DNA of 64,000 bases from Octopus sinensis (lineage: Eukaryota), in assembly GCF_006345805.1 (NCBI RefSeq), contig NC_043009.1:47306001-47370000 (forward strand), read 5' to 3'. A program made the translations under genes and the position numbers. This document shows positions 47,001 through 62,558 of this stretch, one piece after another (positions within the stretch are counted from its first letter, which is position 1; every line of letters begins with the position of its first letter). Below the pieces are notes generated by a model that worked only from the letters and a program-made list of their open reading frames with translations, searched no databases and was not told the DNA's origin.

Positions 47001-50000
47001 TATCTGCATCCTCATCCAATATACACATTGCTAACACTATATACAAACTGTAAAGCATTTCTGTACTTACTAGTTTTTGTCTGATGTTGTTATTGTCTTT
47101 TGTTTCATAAAGATACAATAACAAGAGAATGAGATAGTAAGTGAAGGTAATAAAACAATTGAAAGCTAGTGATACATCTACTTAGTCATCCATCCTTCTG
47201 AAGAGGAAAACAAAACTCTTCCTAAAAAATCTATTGTCTTTAAAGAATCACCCAAAACTATGATCTATATTTAAGATATCATTCTTAATATACATGAGAT
47301 AATTATTGCTTAAACACTAACCAAATGGTAAGTTTAAATTGTACAATCAAAACATTAGTGTAACAGTCCAGACCTTAAGATAGTAGCTAGGTCATAATTC
47401 CTTTCATAATAATAACAAGACAACAAATAGTTCAGTGTTTCAACTAACAGCAGATTGATAGTCCAGCTCATAAATAACAGCAGATTATTATAGTCCAAAT
47501 CATAAGGTAACAGCAGATAATACTTAGGCTCATATGATTATTATAACATTAAAGCCTATATTTCTTATATGATGAAAGATGAATAGCATAGATCATAAGT
47601 AAACAGCAGAACAATAATCAGGATCATATAATGTTGTATGAAAATAAAAACCCAGTAACAGCAGATGAATAGGCCAAGTCTTAAGATAACAGTAATCATA
47701 GTAATGTTGAAGGAAATAATTTAATGGGAGGATAATATTCTAGATCATAAGATAATGTTAACTCAATAATCAAGGTAAATAAATTTGCAGGATAAGATGG
47801 CAAAATTCAGATTATGATATTTTTAAACTTCTTCAGAGAATGTTAAAAAATATTTCTTGGAATTTTTTTTCTTTTGATAAATAATTAAAGCATTGTCATC
47901 ATTGCTGTAGACATCATTATCACCACCACCATCATCATTTAACATTTGTTTTGACAAACTGGAAATAAATGGTAAAAAAGTCTGTCATGTTCACAGAAGG
48001 TATGGATTTGTGTCCTATGAGCAGTCTTCAACTTTTTCCCATTCAAAGGATTTTTTAAAACCCAATATTCTACATACTATTAACTACTTCAAGTCCTATC
48101 ATTTAAAATGATTTATTTCATATCTCTTGAAGTTTCAAAATTCTTATGAAGTAAAAAAAAAAAAGTAGTTATAATCAATATTACATATTTATCTAGATTT
48201 ATAACATAAAGTCATTTCAGAGACCTTGTAAACTTTAAAATCTTTTTATCTTTTTCTCACACTTTTTACCATCATAATGATATTAAAATCATAAAAACTT
48301 AATTCATTCTTTTCTACAATATTGGACTAATATAAAAAGTTTAAGCCATTTTAATTTTATAAAACTGGCAATTTGTCTGCCCCTTTCTAATCTTAGTGAG
48401 CTGTTTAAGGGTACCTGGCCACTGCAAACGATATGAGAATCACTAAAAGAGAGGACAACTGTTTAGAGTATAAACCGATTTTATATCAATCTGACTGATC
48501 TATGATACAGACTTCCAGCTTTAAAGTGTTCTAAATTAAAACTTTCCATCAAAATTTCATGTTTATTTATGTTCCAAATACTAGCTTAACAATGATCAAG
48601 TTACTTTACCAAATTCTTTATTTTACAAATTAATTGATAAATAAGCAATGTATTTCAACAGAAATATGGCAATGAAAGAGTTAATATGATTTTATTTTTT
48701 AAATCCAGACTTTAATTATCGTATACCTGTTTATAAGATTTTGATGAAAAACAAAGGTGATGATGATGATGATGATGATGATGTAGTTAGTAATAATACA
48801 GAAATAGTTCAAGTAAACGTCCCCCCCCCCTTCAACAATTAGCTTTGTACTTGGGTTAAAAAAAAATCAATATTGACAACTGCTTAATTACTCTTATAGC
48901 TACAGTAGTGAGATGAAAAGATGGTATTTGCACCTTTGCTAGATGCCATTTCTGCATTGATAGAGTTATGAGGAGTATAAAGGTCAATGCTTAACTTTTT
49001 CCTTCTGTTTTTTTGTGTTAATCACTTGCTTCTGTCAATAATTATGCATTTTCCAACAGATACAAACTAAGTTGCATCAGAATGTGGTGCAGCACTATTT
49101 TCAGGTAAGAGTGAACCTCAGATACTGTGGAGTAAATATGTGTAGTACAAGCTTGTAAGGAAGCAACTAGTACCCTCAATAATTATAGATGCATACATGC
49201 ATATCCACCCAGGCATACATACATTTATCCAGCAGACATATACAGGCACACAAGCTTATACCTATACAAACACACACAAGTGAATGATCAGAATGAGGAA
49301 AAATATAAATTATAGAAGTGGACCAATAAAAGGAAATTAGATATAATTGACATTCATATTTTAAAAAAATAATATGTATGTATATGTATTTGTTGCATAA
49401 AATATAATTATGCACAAAGAGACACATATATATATCACATTATATTCTAATATTATATATCAGTAGCACTATTATGAATTTTTAATACGATTTGAGAAAT
49501 ACATCAAGACTTGCTACCAAAAACAAAAAATAAAAAATATAAAAGCCAAAAATGAAATTTACAAATACTGCATGAGAATACCCTAACAGTATTTACAGAA
49601 CATAGCGTTGCTATTTTTTTCTGGGACATATTTATAAGTTATCTGTCAATGTCTTTAGAGAAATATTTGTGTATGAGATAGATGATTGTCATATTCTATA
49701 ACTGACATAGTGATATTAATTCAATAGCTTTATCAGTGTAATTCCTTATCTTTCCACCTTATCTCTATTACATTATTGTCACAGAGAGAAAAAAAAAATG
49801 TCAGATTTATTATTTTTTTTATCTAGTGATCGAGCTGCGTTATTACTATTATTATTATTATTATCCTTATTATTATTCAGTTATCATATTTTTATGTTCT
49901 TTTATCGCACTATTGAGTGCAGCTCTGTGTACCTTGGGTATATGTGCAGTTTGTTTACATGTTGTTATTTTTATTATATTAAAAGTGTTTTACATAAAAT

Positions 50001-50850
50001 TGTGTGGCAACTAGTATTTATATATTTCTGAATGTCACACATATATATATAACATTCAGAAAAATATTTATATACACACATACGTATATGTATAAGTGCT
50101 GGCATTTGCTTATGTATTTGTCTGCATGTTTTTTGACTATATCTAAAGCACCTAATATTAAGGGGATTATTTCTTATGGGGTTGATAAAATAAAGTATCG
50201 ATGAAGTACTGGAGCTGATGCTACTAATTTTTTTTTACTTATGTGCTTTTATTGCACTATTGAGTGCAGTGCTGTATGCTTAGGGCATGTGTTGTGGTTT
50301 GTTTTCATTTTGTTATTTTTATTATATTAAAAGTGTTCTACATTAAAATTGTGCAGCACCAAACAGAAACATTTTTCTGAATGTCATATATTATTATTAT
50401 TATTATCATCATTATTTTCATTGATTCAGCATTTCATTCTTGTTCTACTGGAATTAGATTACTAGATATTGAGTAGCATACCACAATTTTAGTAGTCCAG
50501 TTCTTATAGTCATTGTTGTGTCAATTCATCTTGATTCTTCTTATATATAACAAATTCAGCTTGTTGCTGGAGGTGTCATCAATGTACCATCTGTTCAACT
50601 TTAAGGTGGAATGTTCTATTCAAGCCTTGAGGATTTTACAGAGATTTCTTCTACTTCCAAGTAATGCTATTTTCTGACTGTGCTCTATTTTTTTTTATGC
50701 ATATCTACTTCAATCGTTTAAAAATGTTTTTTGCTTACTGTACCTAAGGCACCAACAATTGATTATTGGCACAAAATACTCCTTTTTTTCTTGACCAAAA
50801 CTTTTTAATTTCCATTATTATTATTATTATTATATTATTATTATTATTAC

Positions 50851-50881
<31 letters not shown>

Positions 50882-51039
50882 GATTTATATTATGTACAGG
50901 TATGACAATGTAATTAAGAAATTTGTTTTGCAATCAAGGGGACCTGGGTTCAATTTCTACCATAGTATTGAATTGAGAAATTAGTGTAAGTTCATAGATG
51001 TAAAATCTGCAGAAACTTGTATATATGTGTGCATGTATG

Positions 51040-51091
51040 AGAGAGAGAGGGGGAGGGGAGGGAGAGAGAGAAAGAAAGAGAGAAGAGGGAG

Positions 51092-51133
<42 letters not shown>

Positions 51134-51143
51134 GAGAGAGAGT
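51040..51143. repeat. (AG)n microsatellite
   Basis: Directly visible. Confidence 0.95.
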
Positions 51144-54100
51144 ATTTGAAGGTTCCAAAAGTTGATATATCAAAGGAAATTCAGTTCTGCATTGGTTGTC
51201 TCCACAATGCCTGGCTGACTTCATCTTTTGTTCTCCTCCAATGTTGGTAAAATATGTGCCAGAATAGATCAATATAGAATGACTGTAATCCAATGACTAA
51301 AACCAGTGATAGAATATATGTGTGCATGTGTAGCTTTTTCTTATAAATGTGTGTTGTTGGATTACTTGTGACATCAAAAAGAAATTGTATTAAGGATTTG
51401 CTCAATTCGACTAAACTTCATTTTTACCCCTTTCTCAGTTCCTCTTGCGCATTTCCACATGATAAATCTATGTTTATTGCTCAGTACACAGAGGGGAAAA
51501 CCTAATCAGCACAAACACAATTAGGAAATAATAAAGAATAAATGTAATGGTGTTATAATTAGTTATCAGTAATTAATATATGATAGGAATAATTATAAAA
51601 AAAAAAATAATAATACAGATTGTAAAAGAAACAAAAATTTCTTTAATGTCATTATTTTATATTTCATTAAAAAGTGGCTTATTTGATAAACCTATTAGCT
51701 AACTAATTACACACAATATTCTTTTTTGCTTGCCAACATTGGTGAATTGTTTGTCTGATCTGTTTTGACAAAACTTAGTAAAGACAATCATGACATACAG
51801 AACAAACCAAAAGTTGCATTACACATTTTCAGCAACAAAATATAATAAAAATGTTTCACCGCTCTCTTATTGAAAATAAAATTTGATAAAACTGATTGCA
51901 CTGAAATATATTTATTTATAAAACTTTGGTGTTTTAAAGGTGTTGAGGTCATAAGTGAAGAATGTCTCTCTGAGTTTTACTGTATGCTTGTCTGATTTCA
52001 TATTTTTTCTATCTTTAGTTTTGTTGTTGAGTGATGGTTAGTGTGAAGAAGTTAAATTAATAGAAAAATCTAAGGATAACAAGTTCCAAAAGTAATATAC
52101 CATATCCCAGAAAATGAATAATAAAGATGTAAGTTAGAGGAAAATGTTTGAGTTATCCCAGAAAATAAGTGCAAATTTTTACAGACTCAATACATATATG
52201 AAAAAAGGGAAACACTCATGATAAGAAACCCTCGTATTCAAATCTTGTTGCTCATAATTATGATAAATAATGAAATGTCTAAAATACTTTATAGATTAGG
52301 GTAGGATAGAAAAAATGATGCTACTACATCATTTTAATATATATACATACACTATTTATTAAAGCTGAAAAAAATCTTAAACTATTACTCCAAGTTTTAT
52401 GTGACCATTTATCAGAAGGTTGTGATGATACTGAGTATCAGTGCAACTGTAATGTGAAACTCTGAGTAACAGTTTGCGAAGATATTTTTTGGCTTTAATG
52501 AATAGTATACTACTCTACCTTTGGTATTCAAGTACTATTTGTATGTGTGTGTGCAAGGGCTAAGAAATTTTTGGTTTGGTTTGCATTTAGCCTATCAGGG
52601 TAGGCCGGATTCTGTGTCAAAGGCAACTAACCAAGGAGACAAAGAACTCTAACAGAGAAGCCTGAGTGATGTTGGCCATTGAATTTGCGGCAAACATTTG
52701 CACCAACATCCTGACATCAGCATTCCAAAAGTGTTTGGATGGTCCTACACTAGCTTTTACCACTGAAAACAAACCCTCTGTGTGAGTAGTCTAATGGCTA
52801 AAATATTGGCTGTTAAATCTCTATAAATCGAAGTTGGAAGGAGACTCCATCTACTACATATATATAGAATAACTAATGTGATACCTCAAAGCAATTACTG
52901 AAATCTGGCTTTCCCAAAAGTTCCTTGCAATTATCAACCAAAGATAAAATAATCGTTGATTAAAAAAATATTCTAAACATCTACCACTGTCTTACTTAAA
53001 TAATAAATTAGATATATAATTACTGGTTAATTAAGATGTTATGGAATTTGTACATTTGTCCTAATAAACATTACACTAGACTAATGGGTAAGACACTCTA
53101 ATCTGTCTATTTATTCCACAAAACAAATACCAAGTTTCTACTGTTAATTATTATTAAGCTGTTAATTATTATTGAAATCTAAATATAAATTAGAAAACAC
53201 AAGAAATGGCAGCAATGAGTAAATACCACAACAATACTATTTAAGAATATACGATCAGTTTCTTCAAATTGTATATCTAGAAGCAATATTACTAAACTGT
53301 TGTCCCCCGACAAAACACAGCAAGTCAACTTGCTGTGTTTTGTTTGGAGGATGAATGTTGGAATTCCTTCGACCATGGCTCATACATAACTACTAATATG
53401 ATCTTGGAAAATTTTCAACTTTTCATAATGCATCAACCTAGGAAACACAATAAGTTAAAAAAAAATTTGGATAATTTCAGTTTTTTTTTTTTCAATTATT
53501 TCTTTCTTGTTTTTTGACTGACTGCATTTTGTCAGAGGAAGGCAATTTAGATATCTCTATCTTTAATTCTAGCCAAGCCTATTTTAGTACCAGCTGGGTA
53601 CTGTGGTACCTGGTAGCTTAAAGACTCGACACATGATTGATATAAATAATCAAATAAAAACTATATTGATTGATCAATATATACTGAATGCCATATATAA
53701 TCATATATGGGAAACTCTTCTATAATATGTACACAAGGTTTTTAGCAGTATAAAAATATATGATGAGTATATCAGCCCAGGTGACACCAAATCTATTTTA
53801 CAAAATAGATATGGAGAGATGAAATGTTAATTATGATGCTCTAGGTCCTTCATAATTGTAAACCTTCAATCTGTAACCTCCTCACTCACCCAACACAGAG
53901 TGTATAAATTGCTATAGGTTCAGAAACTGTCTCTAAAGCTCCAGATAATATATAATATGCTATTATATATAAGACTTCCACATTCTTTCAAAAATAATGC
54001 ATGTTGTCTGCACATGCATACATTGGCATACATGTTCATATGTGCAGGTGTATAAGTAGGTGCATACTAACACAAACACAGATAGAATACATGTATATTG

Positions 54101-56199
54101 CAATTTGAACTTCTTTGTGAAGTGGTTCATGAAAGACTGGAGACATTGTAAGAGAGAGAGAGTTGTCTCTCTCTCTCTCTCCTACAATATTTTGCTGAAT
54201 ACAGGGTAACCTTTTTAGTGCTGGTGCCATAATAATATGCACCCAGAACACTCTGTAAAATGGTAAGCAAATAAACAGAGACATCATAAGGTGAAGAGAA
54301 CTAATTCATCTTTTCTTGACGAAGACATGACAACCTCTCCAATGCCTGTGCCATGATAAAACACACCCAGCAAACTCTGTAAAGTGATTAGTAAGGGCAC
54401 AGGCAGCATGCCAAAATCTTCAAATAAGTCATGGTGTTCTGGTCACACTCAGTAGGGCAATGCCTAAGGACAAGAACTGACTCAGACTGACAACTTTCTC
54501 AATCCATGCCAGCATGGAAAGTGGAGGTAAAACAATGATGATGATGATGAAGATAGTACCAAGTGTTTTCAAGTTTTTTTAATTTTAAATGAGTAAAATG
54601 ATTTAAACATCAAATTAAATATAATGATATGCAAGACTTATTATGAAATAAATAAAGAAATGTATTTTCTATTCTTATTCTTTCTAAAAGAGCATAGGAG
54701 AGCAACATGCATACACATAGATGCCTGTATAAACACATGGCAAATGAATTTCTTTGAGTGGTATTGCATGTTTTCCAATTTTATTAGATGTATAAAACAA
54801 ATTCAAATATGAAATTAAAAACAATAATGACTTAGACTTATTAGAAAATAAATTAAATGAGCTATTTTTAATTCTTTCCCCTCATAAATTAGTTTAGTGA
54901 GAGAAACACATTTTAATAGATTTTTTTTGAGTGGGTGTGTGTCTTTTTTTTTTCTCCATAATTAAGTAGTGTTTTGGACTTACTGAGTATCATCATATAC
55001 ACTGACTGAAGGGTTATTTTCAGAAAAAATAAAGTCGAATTGATCACAGAACTTTCAAGAAATGATATTTTTGAACTTGCCAAGCAGATGAATGAAAGAA
55101 TATACATGAAAATAAATATTGCAAATCAAAATTGAAAGTTGATGAATAGAATGAAAAAAAAAAAAATTGCAAAAGATGAAAATGAAGGAAAAATATTAAT
55201 ATGAAAGAGAAAAAAGGAGTAGGGAAATAAGATACCAAGAGAGAAAGAGAGAGAAAGAATGTAAGGGAATAAAAGAGAGAGAAAGAGAGAGAGAGAGAGT
55301 GGGGTGGGGCCAAAAAAATCCAAGCAAATTCAACATTTAACTCACTGGTAAAATATGTAAGACTGCAATATTGTGACTATGATTATAGAAACAAGAGAGC
55401 AATACTGTCTGTCTGTCTGTCACTCCATCCTGTGTATTGACTACGCATATTGACAAATATGTGTCTCCAGATGACATGGTAGAAGAGATCATTAAAAACA
55501 ATTTACTTGTAATTCCATTATTTACCACTTGGTAGCCTCACTGTAACAGAACATATACATTGGCACAATTCCTTTCTTAGGACAAGGACAGACAAGAGAG
55601 AGAGAGAGAGAGAAAAAATAATTACTTATTAAAATGTCTTTGGTTAGAGAGCTTCACACATTGCTAGCTTTCCTGTATGATACAAGACTGGGGGAAAATA
55701 TTACAAAACAAAAAAAAAATCAAAAACAAAAAAAATATGAAAAGTATATTTCTAACAAGGTAAATGAGATAAAAAAGAAAGAGAGAGAGGAAGGAAACTG
55801 AGAGAGAGAGAGAGAGGGGGAAGATGCCAATTCTGATGGGACAGGGGCAAGAATGTTAAACTGAAGATGTTTTATCAAAACTTCTAAACAGCAGTTATAA
55901 TAAAAAGGAGAGGGCCAAAATAGTTCTTCTAGCAGTCTCTTCCTGTTTTCTCTCATTTAGTGCACTAGAATAGCAGAAATGGTAAAAAATAAATAATGAA
56001 ATTTGAGTTAAATTTGACAAATTGACAATTTGATAAAAACACAGCCTATTTTTCGAGAATTCCTTGGAAATTTTTAACTGTTTCAAAATGAATAGGGTTG
56101 ATATCTTCTGAGACACCAGTCGAATGATTATAATGGTGTATGAATGCATAGGTTTGTATACATAAATATATACATACATATATGTATTTCTCTTTCTCT

Positions 56200-56348
56200 C
56201 TCTCTTCACACACACACAAATAAGCACATGTATAGATGTGTATAAACATACATATTTATATATATATACATACATACATACACACACATATATATATACA
56301 TATATATGTATATATATATATATATAGATGTATATATATGTATATATA

Positions 56349-56392
<44 letters not shown>

Positions 56393-56415
56393 ATACATAC
56401 ATACATATATATATG

Positions 56416-56446
<31 letters not shown>

Positions 56447-57091
56447 TATATATATATAATATATATATATATTATATATTATATATATATATACACACAC
56501 ACACATTCATACTTAAACAAATACAAACACAGTAATTTTGGTTGACTATAATTACAATGTGTATTTTACTCTATGTATTGAGTACATTTATTTTGTCTGT
56601 GACAACACTTGTAAATGCATGCGCATATATATATAAATATATATATATATATATGTACATATATATTTATACACACACACACATATATATATATGTGTAT
56701 GTATATAAAACAATTATATAACAGAAGAATCATAGAAGTTATTTGAAATAGGCATAAACTGTAATTCCCCACAAGTGCTCACAACAGCATTGTGGATGTA
56801 TGCTGAAATGTTTTAACATATAGTAATATACAAGATCATTAAATAAAATAGCCAAATGGAGAGTTAACAGTGTATGTGTGTTTCAAGTAACTATCATGAT
56901 CCTTACACTCTGTGATTATTCCAGTTTCAACACATGATCTCAGATCAGGGAAACAGGCAAGCAAGTACAACAGAGAAATATATGTAAGTATACATACATA
57001 TGTTTATATATGTATGTATATATATATATAGATGTATATATATGTATATATCTATACATACATATATTTATACACACACATATATATACAT

Positions 57092-57122
<31 letters not shown>

Positions 57123-57358
57123 TATATATAAAGACTGTTTGCCAACATAATGTGGCAGTCCTGGATAGGACGAATGTTACTGTTGTGTAGCCCCAGGAAA
57201 CACTGTTCCAGCTGGGTATATGATGTTTCCTGGGGCTAAACAACAGTAACATTCGTCCCACCTAGGACTGCCACATTATGTTAGCAAACAGTCTTTACTT
57301 TAAAATACTGTTACTCTCTTTGAGAAATTTATAAATATTGTTTCTACACACACACACA

Positions 57359-57415
<57 letters not shown>

Positions 57416-57472
57416 ATATGTATATATATACATATATATATACACACACACATATATATATACATATGTGTG

Positions 57473-57504
<32 letters not shown>

Positions 57505-57548
57505 ACACACATTCACACATGTATATATATATATACATACATATACAT

Positions 57549-57581
<33 letters not shown>

Positions 57582-57997
57582 CACATGTGTATGAGCATAT
57601 ATACCTATGTTGAAATGCAGTTATTATTTTAAAGTAAAGTTAAGAATAACAGTAAAACATTTACTGATAGGACGATTCTCTACAAAAAGTAGAGTAAAAT
57701 AATTGTAAAGATGCAGCTGACAGGGACTTTGACTATCAGTTTAATCAACTTGTGAAGAAAGTTTCATTTACCAGTGTTTTTATAAAAAAATGGAAAGTCA
57801 CATACAAAAGAGTATGAGATTCAAAAAAGAAACCTAAAAAAAAACTATTAAAAAAAAGCAAAAGTAAAAAAAAAAGCAGCAGTAACAGAAAATTTCTTCT
57901 CAAACTTACAGGCAAAAGTTGAGGTCCCAGTCAGCTTGATCTTTATAATATATATATGTATGTGTGTGTATATATACAAACACACACATATAGATAA

Positions 57998-58087
<90 letters not shown>

Positions 58088-58375
58088 ATATATATATGTA
58101 TATATAATATATTCATGTAATTGCTCATGAAAAACAAGGCTTTCACATACTAAATAGTGTACCCAATACCTCAGTATATATACAGTTAAGTAGACTAGTT
58201 AATAAATAGTTTATATCCATGCAAAATTTGTTTTACCTTTGTCAAAATATCACAAGGTAGAAACAGTACTATAGATTGTCACTAACACACACACACACAC
58301 ACAAAATCTATATATGTATATACACATATCTATACATACACAAACACTCATACATGTATTCATATATTATTCAGG

Positions 58376-58418
<43 letters not shown>

Positions 58419-58445
58419 ATATATATATATATGTATATATATATG

Positions 58446-58520
<75 letters not shown>

Positions 58521-59615
58521 ATATATATATATAGATAGAAAGATATAGATATGTATAAATAAATATATCTATATAACTATATATATATAGATGTATGTAT
58601 ATATATATGTATTTATATACACATATATATATATAGATGTATATATATGTATGCATGTATATATATATATATATTTATACATACATATATTTATATGTAT
58701 TTGTATGAACACACACACATACATATATATGAATGTATATACATGTAAATACATTTTTTTAATATTACCGTATGCATACATAATTGAATGTATAAACATA
58801 TAGAACTATTACTCCGATAGTTACACATTAGATATATTCACATGGTTTACATGTATACCGAAATAAACAATAAACAACATGATTGCAGTTGACCAGGAGT
58901 GGACAATAAAAAATTGGACTAAATATGCAGTGTAAATGCTTCAAAAGAACGCAAAAAAATATGTTAAAATAATAAAAAAAAACATGATGCTTTGATGGAA
59001 AAAAATAAATAAAAAGAATTTCTAGCAATTTATGATGAAGTAAAGTGTTAGTGGCATTGAATGGTACCCTAGTAATCTATGGGTTACATCATCCAGTCAT
59101 TTCAAATAGCCAAGCATTTCAGTAGATAGCAGAGCCTCACCTTGCTTAGACATGTATAAACATGTAGGTGATCAGCAATGCTCATTTATCACGGTGCTGA
59201 GCTGCTTAGGAAACCAGATTACGAAGTGCCTCCATATATATATATATATATAAATATATATATATACGCATACATATGCATATATATATTATATATATAT
59301 GCATACATATATATATGGATGTGTGTATATAGAGACATATACACACATATTGACACACACATACACACATATATATATATATATAAATATATACACACAC
59401 ATATAAAGTGGTATAAATATTACTACATATTTACCACAAGCATGCAGTGAGCACTTAAATGTTTACACAAGTAAAACATAACAAACATTTTTCTATGTGT
59501 ATGTTTGTGTGCTCGTATGCATATAAATACATATGTATGTAAATACATATATGTATGTACATATATATGTATGTATATATATATGTGTGTATATATATAT
59601 GTAAATGTATATATA

Positions 59616-59656
<41 letters not shown>

Positions 59657-60455
59657 ATGTATGTATATATATATATATATATATGTTTGTTCTCTTTTGC
59701 CCAACGTATGAAGTTTGTATACGTATTACCTATATTATATAGCTCCGTAAACATCACTATTAGTATCGTTACTAGGTGGAGATGGCTAAGAAGTCATGAC
59801 AATACATTGCATGACTGCAGCATTATCATAAGCTTCTAATCGCAAAGAAAGAAATATTATACACACATGCACGCATGCACACACACAAACACACATACAC
59901 ACACATGCACGCAGATATAAATCAACAACAAAAAAAAAACCAAAAGAAAAAAAAAACAGCAAAACATTCATTGAACTGATTCTGTACAATGGTTTCTGTA
60001 TTGAATTTTCTCCACCTCAGTATTCTAAATATATGTGTATTATATATCCATATATATATATATATATATATGCACAAATGCAATTGTGTGTGCACATATA
60101 TAACATAGACACACATACATGTACATATACATACACATATATATATATAAACATTCATACATATACACACATGTATATGTGTGTGTATATATATACACAC
60201 ACATATATGTGTATATATGTATATATATACATACATATATATATATATATATGTATATATATATTATATATATACCTCTATACATATGTATATATATACT
60301 TATATATACCTATATATATATATATATATACCTATATATATATATATGTATTTATACCTATATATATATGTATATATCTATATATATATATAATATGTAT
60401 ATATATATATACCTATATATATATGTATATATGTATATATATATATATATGTATA

Positions 60456-60526
<71 letters not shown>

Positions 60527-60554
60527 ATGAATATATATATATACCTATATATAT

Positions 60555-60640
<86 letters not shown>

Positions 60641-60670
60641 ATATATATATGTATATATAATATATATATC
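56200..60670. repeat. Series of long (TA)n/(TATG)n/(CA)n compound microsatellites
   Basis: Directly visible; accounts for most YI-rich ORFs in the track. Confidence 0.95.
57129..57297. repeat. Near-perfect 169-bp palindrome (~73-bp arms)
   Basis: taaagactgtttgccaacataatgtggcagtcc...agccccaggaaaca is mirrored by tgtttcctggggct...ggactgccacattatgttagcaaacagtcttta. Confidence 0.92.
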
Positions 60671-60687
60671 TATGTTGTGATGTTGAT

Positions 60688-60862
60688 CTACTTATTTAAT
60701 CCTATAATATCTCCATTACTGTCAAAATCCAGGGCAAGAACTTCATCAATTGGCATTCGGTCACGGTCCTTAAGCACCTGACAGATCCTCTCCCAGCGAT
60801 GCCGGTTGGCATACACGGCGTCTTCGCAATCTTTACATTCGATAAACATTCTTCCTAGAACA
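60688..60862 (-). CDS. PDE2A: PDE2A-like phosphodiesterase, terminal coding exon
   Basis: Acceptor cttttctattttacag|. Phase matches the upstream exon (AA|T). Translates [57 protein letters not shown], with the V..NR..W helix and LDF motif of PDE2 C-termini. Confidence 0.9.
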
Positions 60863-61051
60863 CTGTAAAATAGAAAAGATCAGAATTGTTTATATAAATT
60901 TTACAGAAACGAAACATGAAGTGCAATTTATTTGGGAAAAACATTTACATTTATCTATATACATAGAAAAATATCACCAATGCAAAAAGAACATGCATAT
61001 GGAGGAAACGAAATTAGGGCGATCGAAGGGGAAGCCCCTCTCAGAATTAGA

Positions 61052-61370
61052 ATCATCATCATCATCATCATCATCATTTAACATCCGCTTTCCATGCTAG
61101 CATGGGTTGAACGATTTGACTGAGGACTGGTGAACCAAATGGCTGCGCCAGGCTCCAATCTGATCTGGCAGAGTTTCTACAGCTGGATGCCCTTCATAAT
61201 GTCAACCACTCCGAGTGTGTAGTGGGCGCATTTATGTGCCACTGGCATGAGGGCCAGTCAGGCAGTACTGGCAACAGCCACACTCAAATAGTGTTTTTTA
61301 CATGTCACCTGCAGAGAAGCCAGCCTAGTGGCACTGGCAACGACCTCACGTGGATGGTGCTCTTAGCAAT
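61052..61370 (-). mobile_element. Family B element in the last PDE2 intron
   Basis: (CAT)n tail and ggatgcccttc core. Confidence 0.85.
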
Positions 61371-61664
61371 CCAGTAGGATGGATGTCAGTCATCGAATTT
61401 GATTTTGATTTATATGATATGTTTTTAAAATGGATGCAAGTATAGATATATGAAGAATTTCTGTGATACCAAAAGTTCAAAAGTATAAACTTATCTATAC
61501 AAATACCTATATGTATGCGTGCGCGCATACACACACACAAATATAAATATATGATTGATGCAACACAACTAGATGCACAATATTCTACCCCTAAGGGACA
61601 GCTGTAGGATGGGTCAAAATGATCATCATGCTGAATAAAGATTCGTACTAAATGCGCCTTCCAT

Positions 61665-62070
61665 TTCCCTCTTTTACTTGTTTCAGTCATTTGACTGTGG
61701 CCATGCTGGAGCACCGCCTTTAGTCGAGCAAATTGACCCCAGGACTTATTCTTTGTAAGCCTAGTACTTATTCTATCAGTCTAACTTGACGAAACTGCTA
61801 AGTTACGGGGACGTAAACACACCAGCATCGGTTGTCAAGCGATGTTGGGAGGGACAAACACAGACACACAAGCACACACACATATATATACATATACATA
61901 TATACAATGGGCTTCTTCCAGTTTCTGTCTACCAAATCTACTCACAAGGCTTTGGTTGGCCAGAGGCTATAGTAGAAGACACTTGCCCAAGGTGCCACGC
62001 AGTGGGACTGAACCCAGAACCATGTGATTGTTAAGCAAGCTACTTACCACACAGCCACTCCTGCGCCTAT
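61665..62070 (-). mobile_element. SINE family A (intronic)
   Basis: Complete copy, reverse complement. Confidence 0.9.
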
Positions 62071-62252
62071 CATTTATAATAATATATATATATATATATA
62101 TATATAGTTAATCCAAACAAGAAAACAAAAAAACACAACAACGCAAGGATGTGGAACAAATAAAGTATTATTGGACACTCAGGAAAGAAGGGAAATTATA
62201 AACATACATGCACACATATATATTATGCATGCACATAAATACATATGTATTT

Positions 62253-62302
62253 AAGCCTTGTGAGTGGATTTGGTAGACGGAAACTGAAAGAAGCCCGTCG
62301 TA

Positions 62303-62358
<56 letters not shown>

Positions 62359-62558
62359 TGCGTGTGTGTGTTTGTGTGTCTGTGTCACCGATGCTGGTGT
62401 GTTTATGTCCCCGTTACTTAGCTGTTCGGCAAAAGAGACCGATAGAATAAGTACTGGGCTTACAAAAGAATAAGTCCCGGGGTCGAGTTGCTCGATTAAA
62501 GGTGGTGCTCCAGCATGGCCGCAGTCAAATGACTGAAACAAGTAAAAGAGTAAAAAGT
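62253..62558 (+). mobile_element. SINE family A, 5'-truncated (intronic)
   Basis: aagccttgtgagtggatttgg through to the aagtaaaagagtaaaaag tail. Confidence 0.9.

Noticed and set aside
49060-49104. Candidate plus-strand 45-bp exon (ttttccaacag| ... cag|gtaaga)
   Set aside because: Too short to assess; such signals arise by chance in 64 kb.
55389-55535. Frame KQESN...THIDKYVSPDDMVEEIIKNNLLVIPLFTTW
   Set aside because: Isolated, with no recognisable homology or start context.
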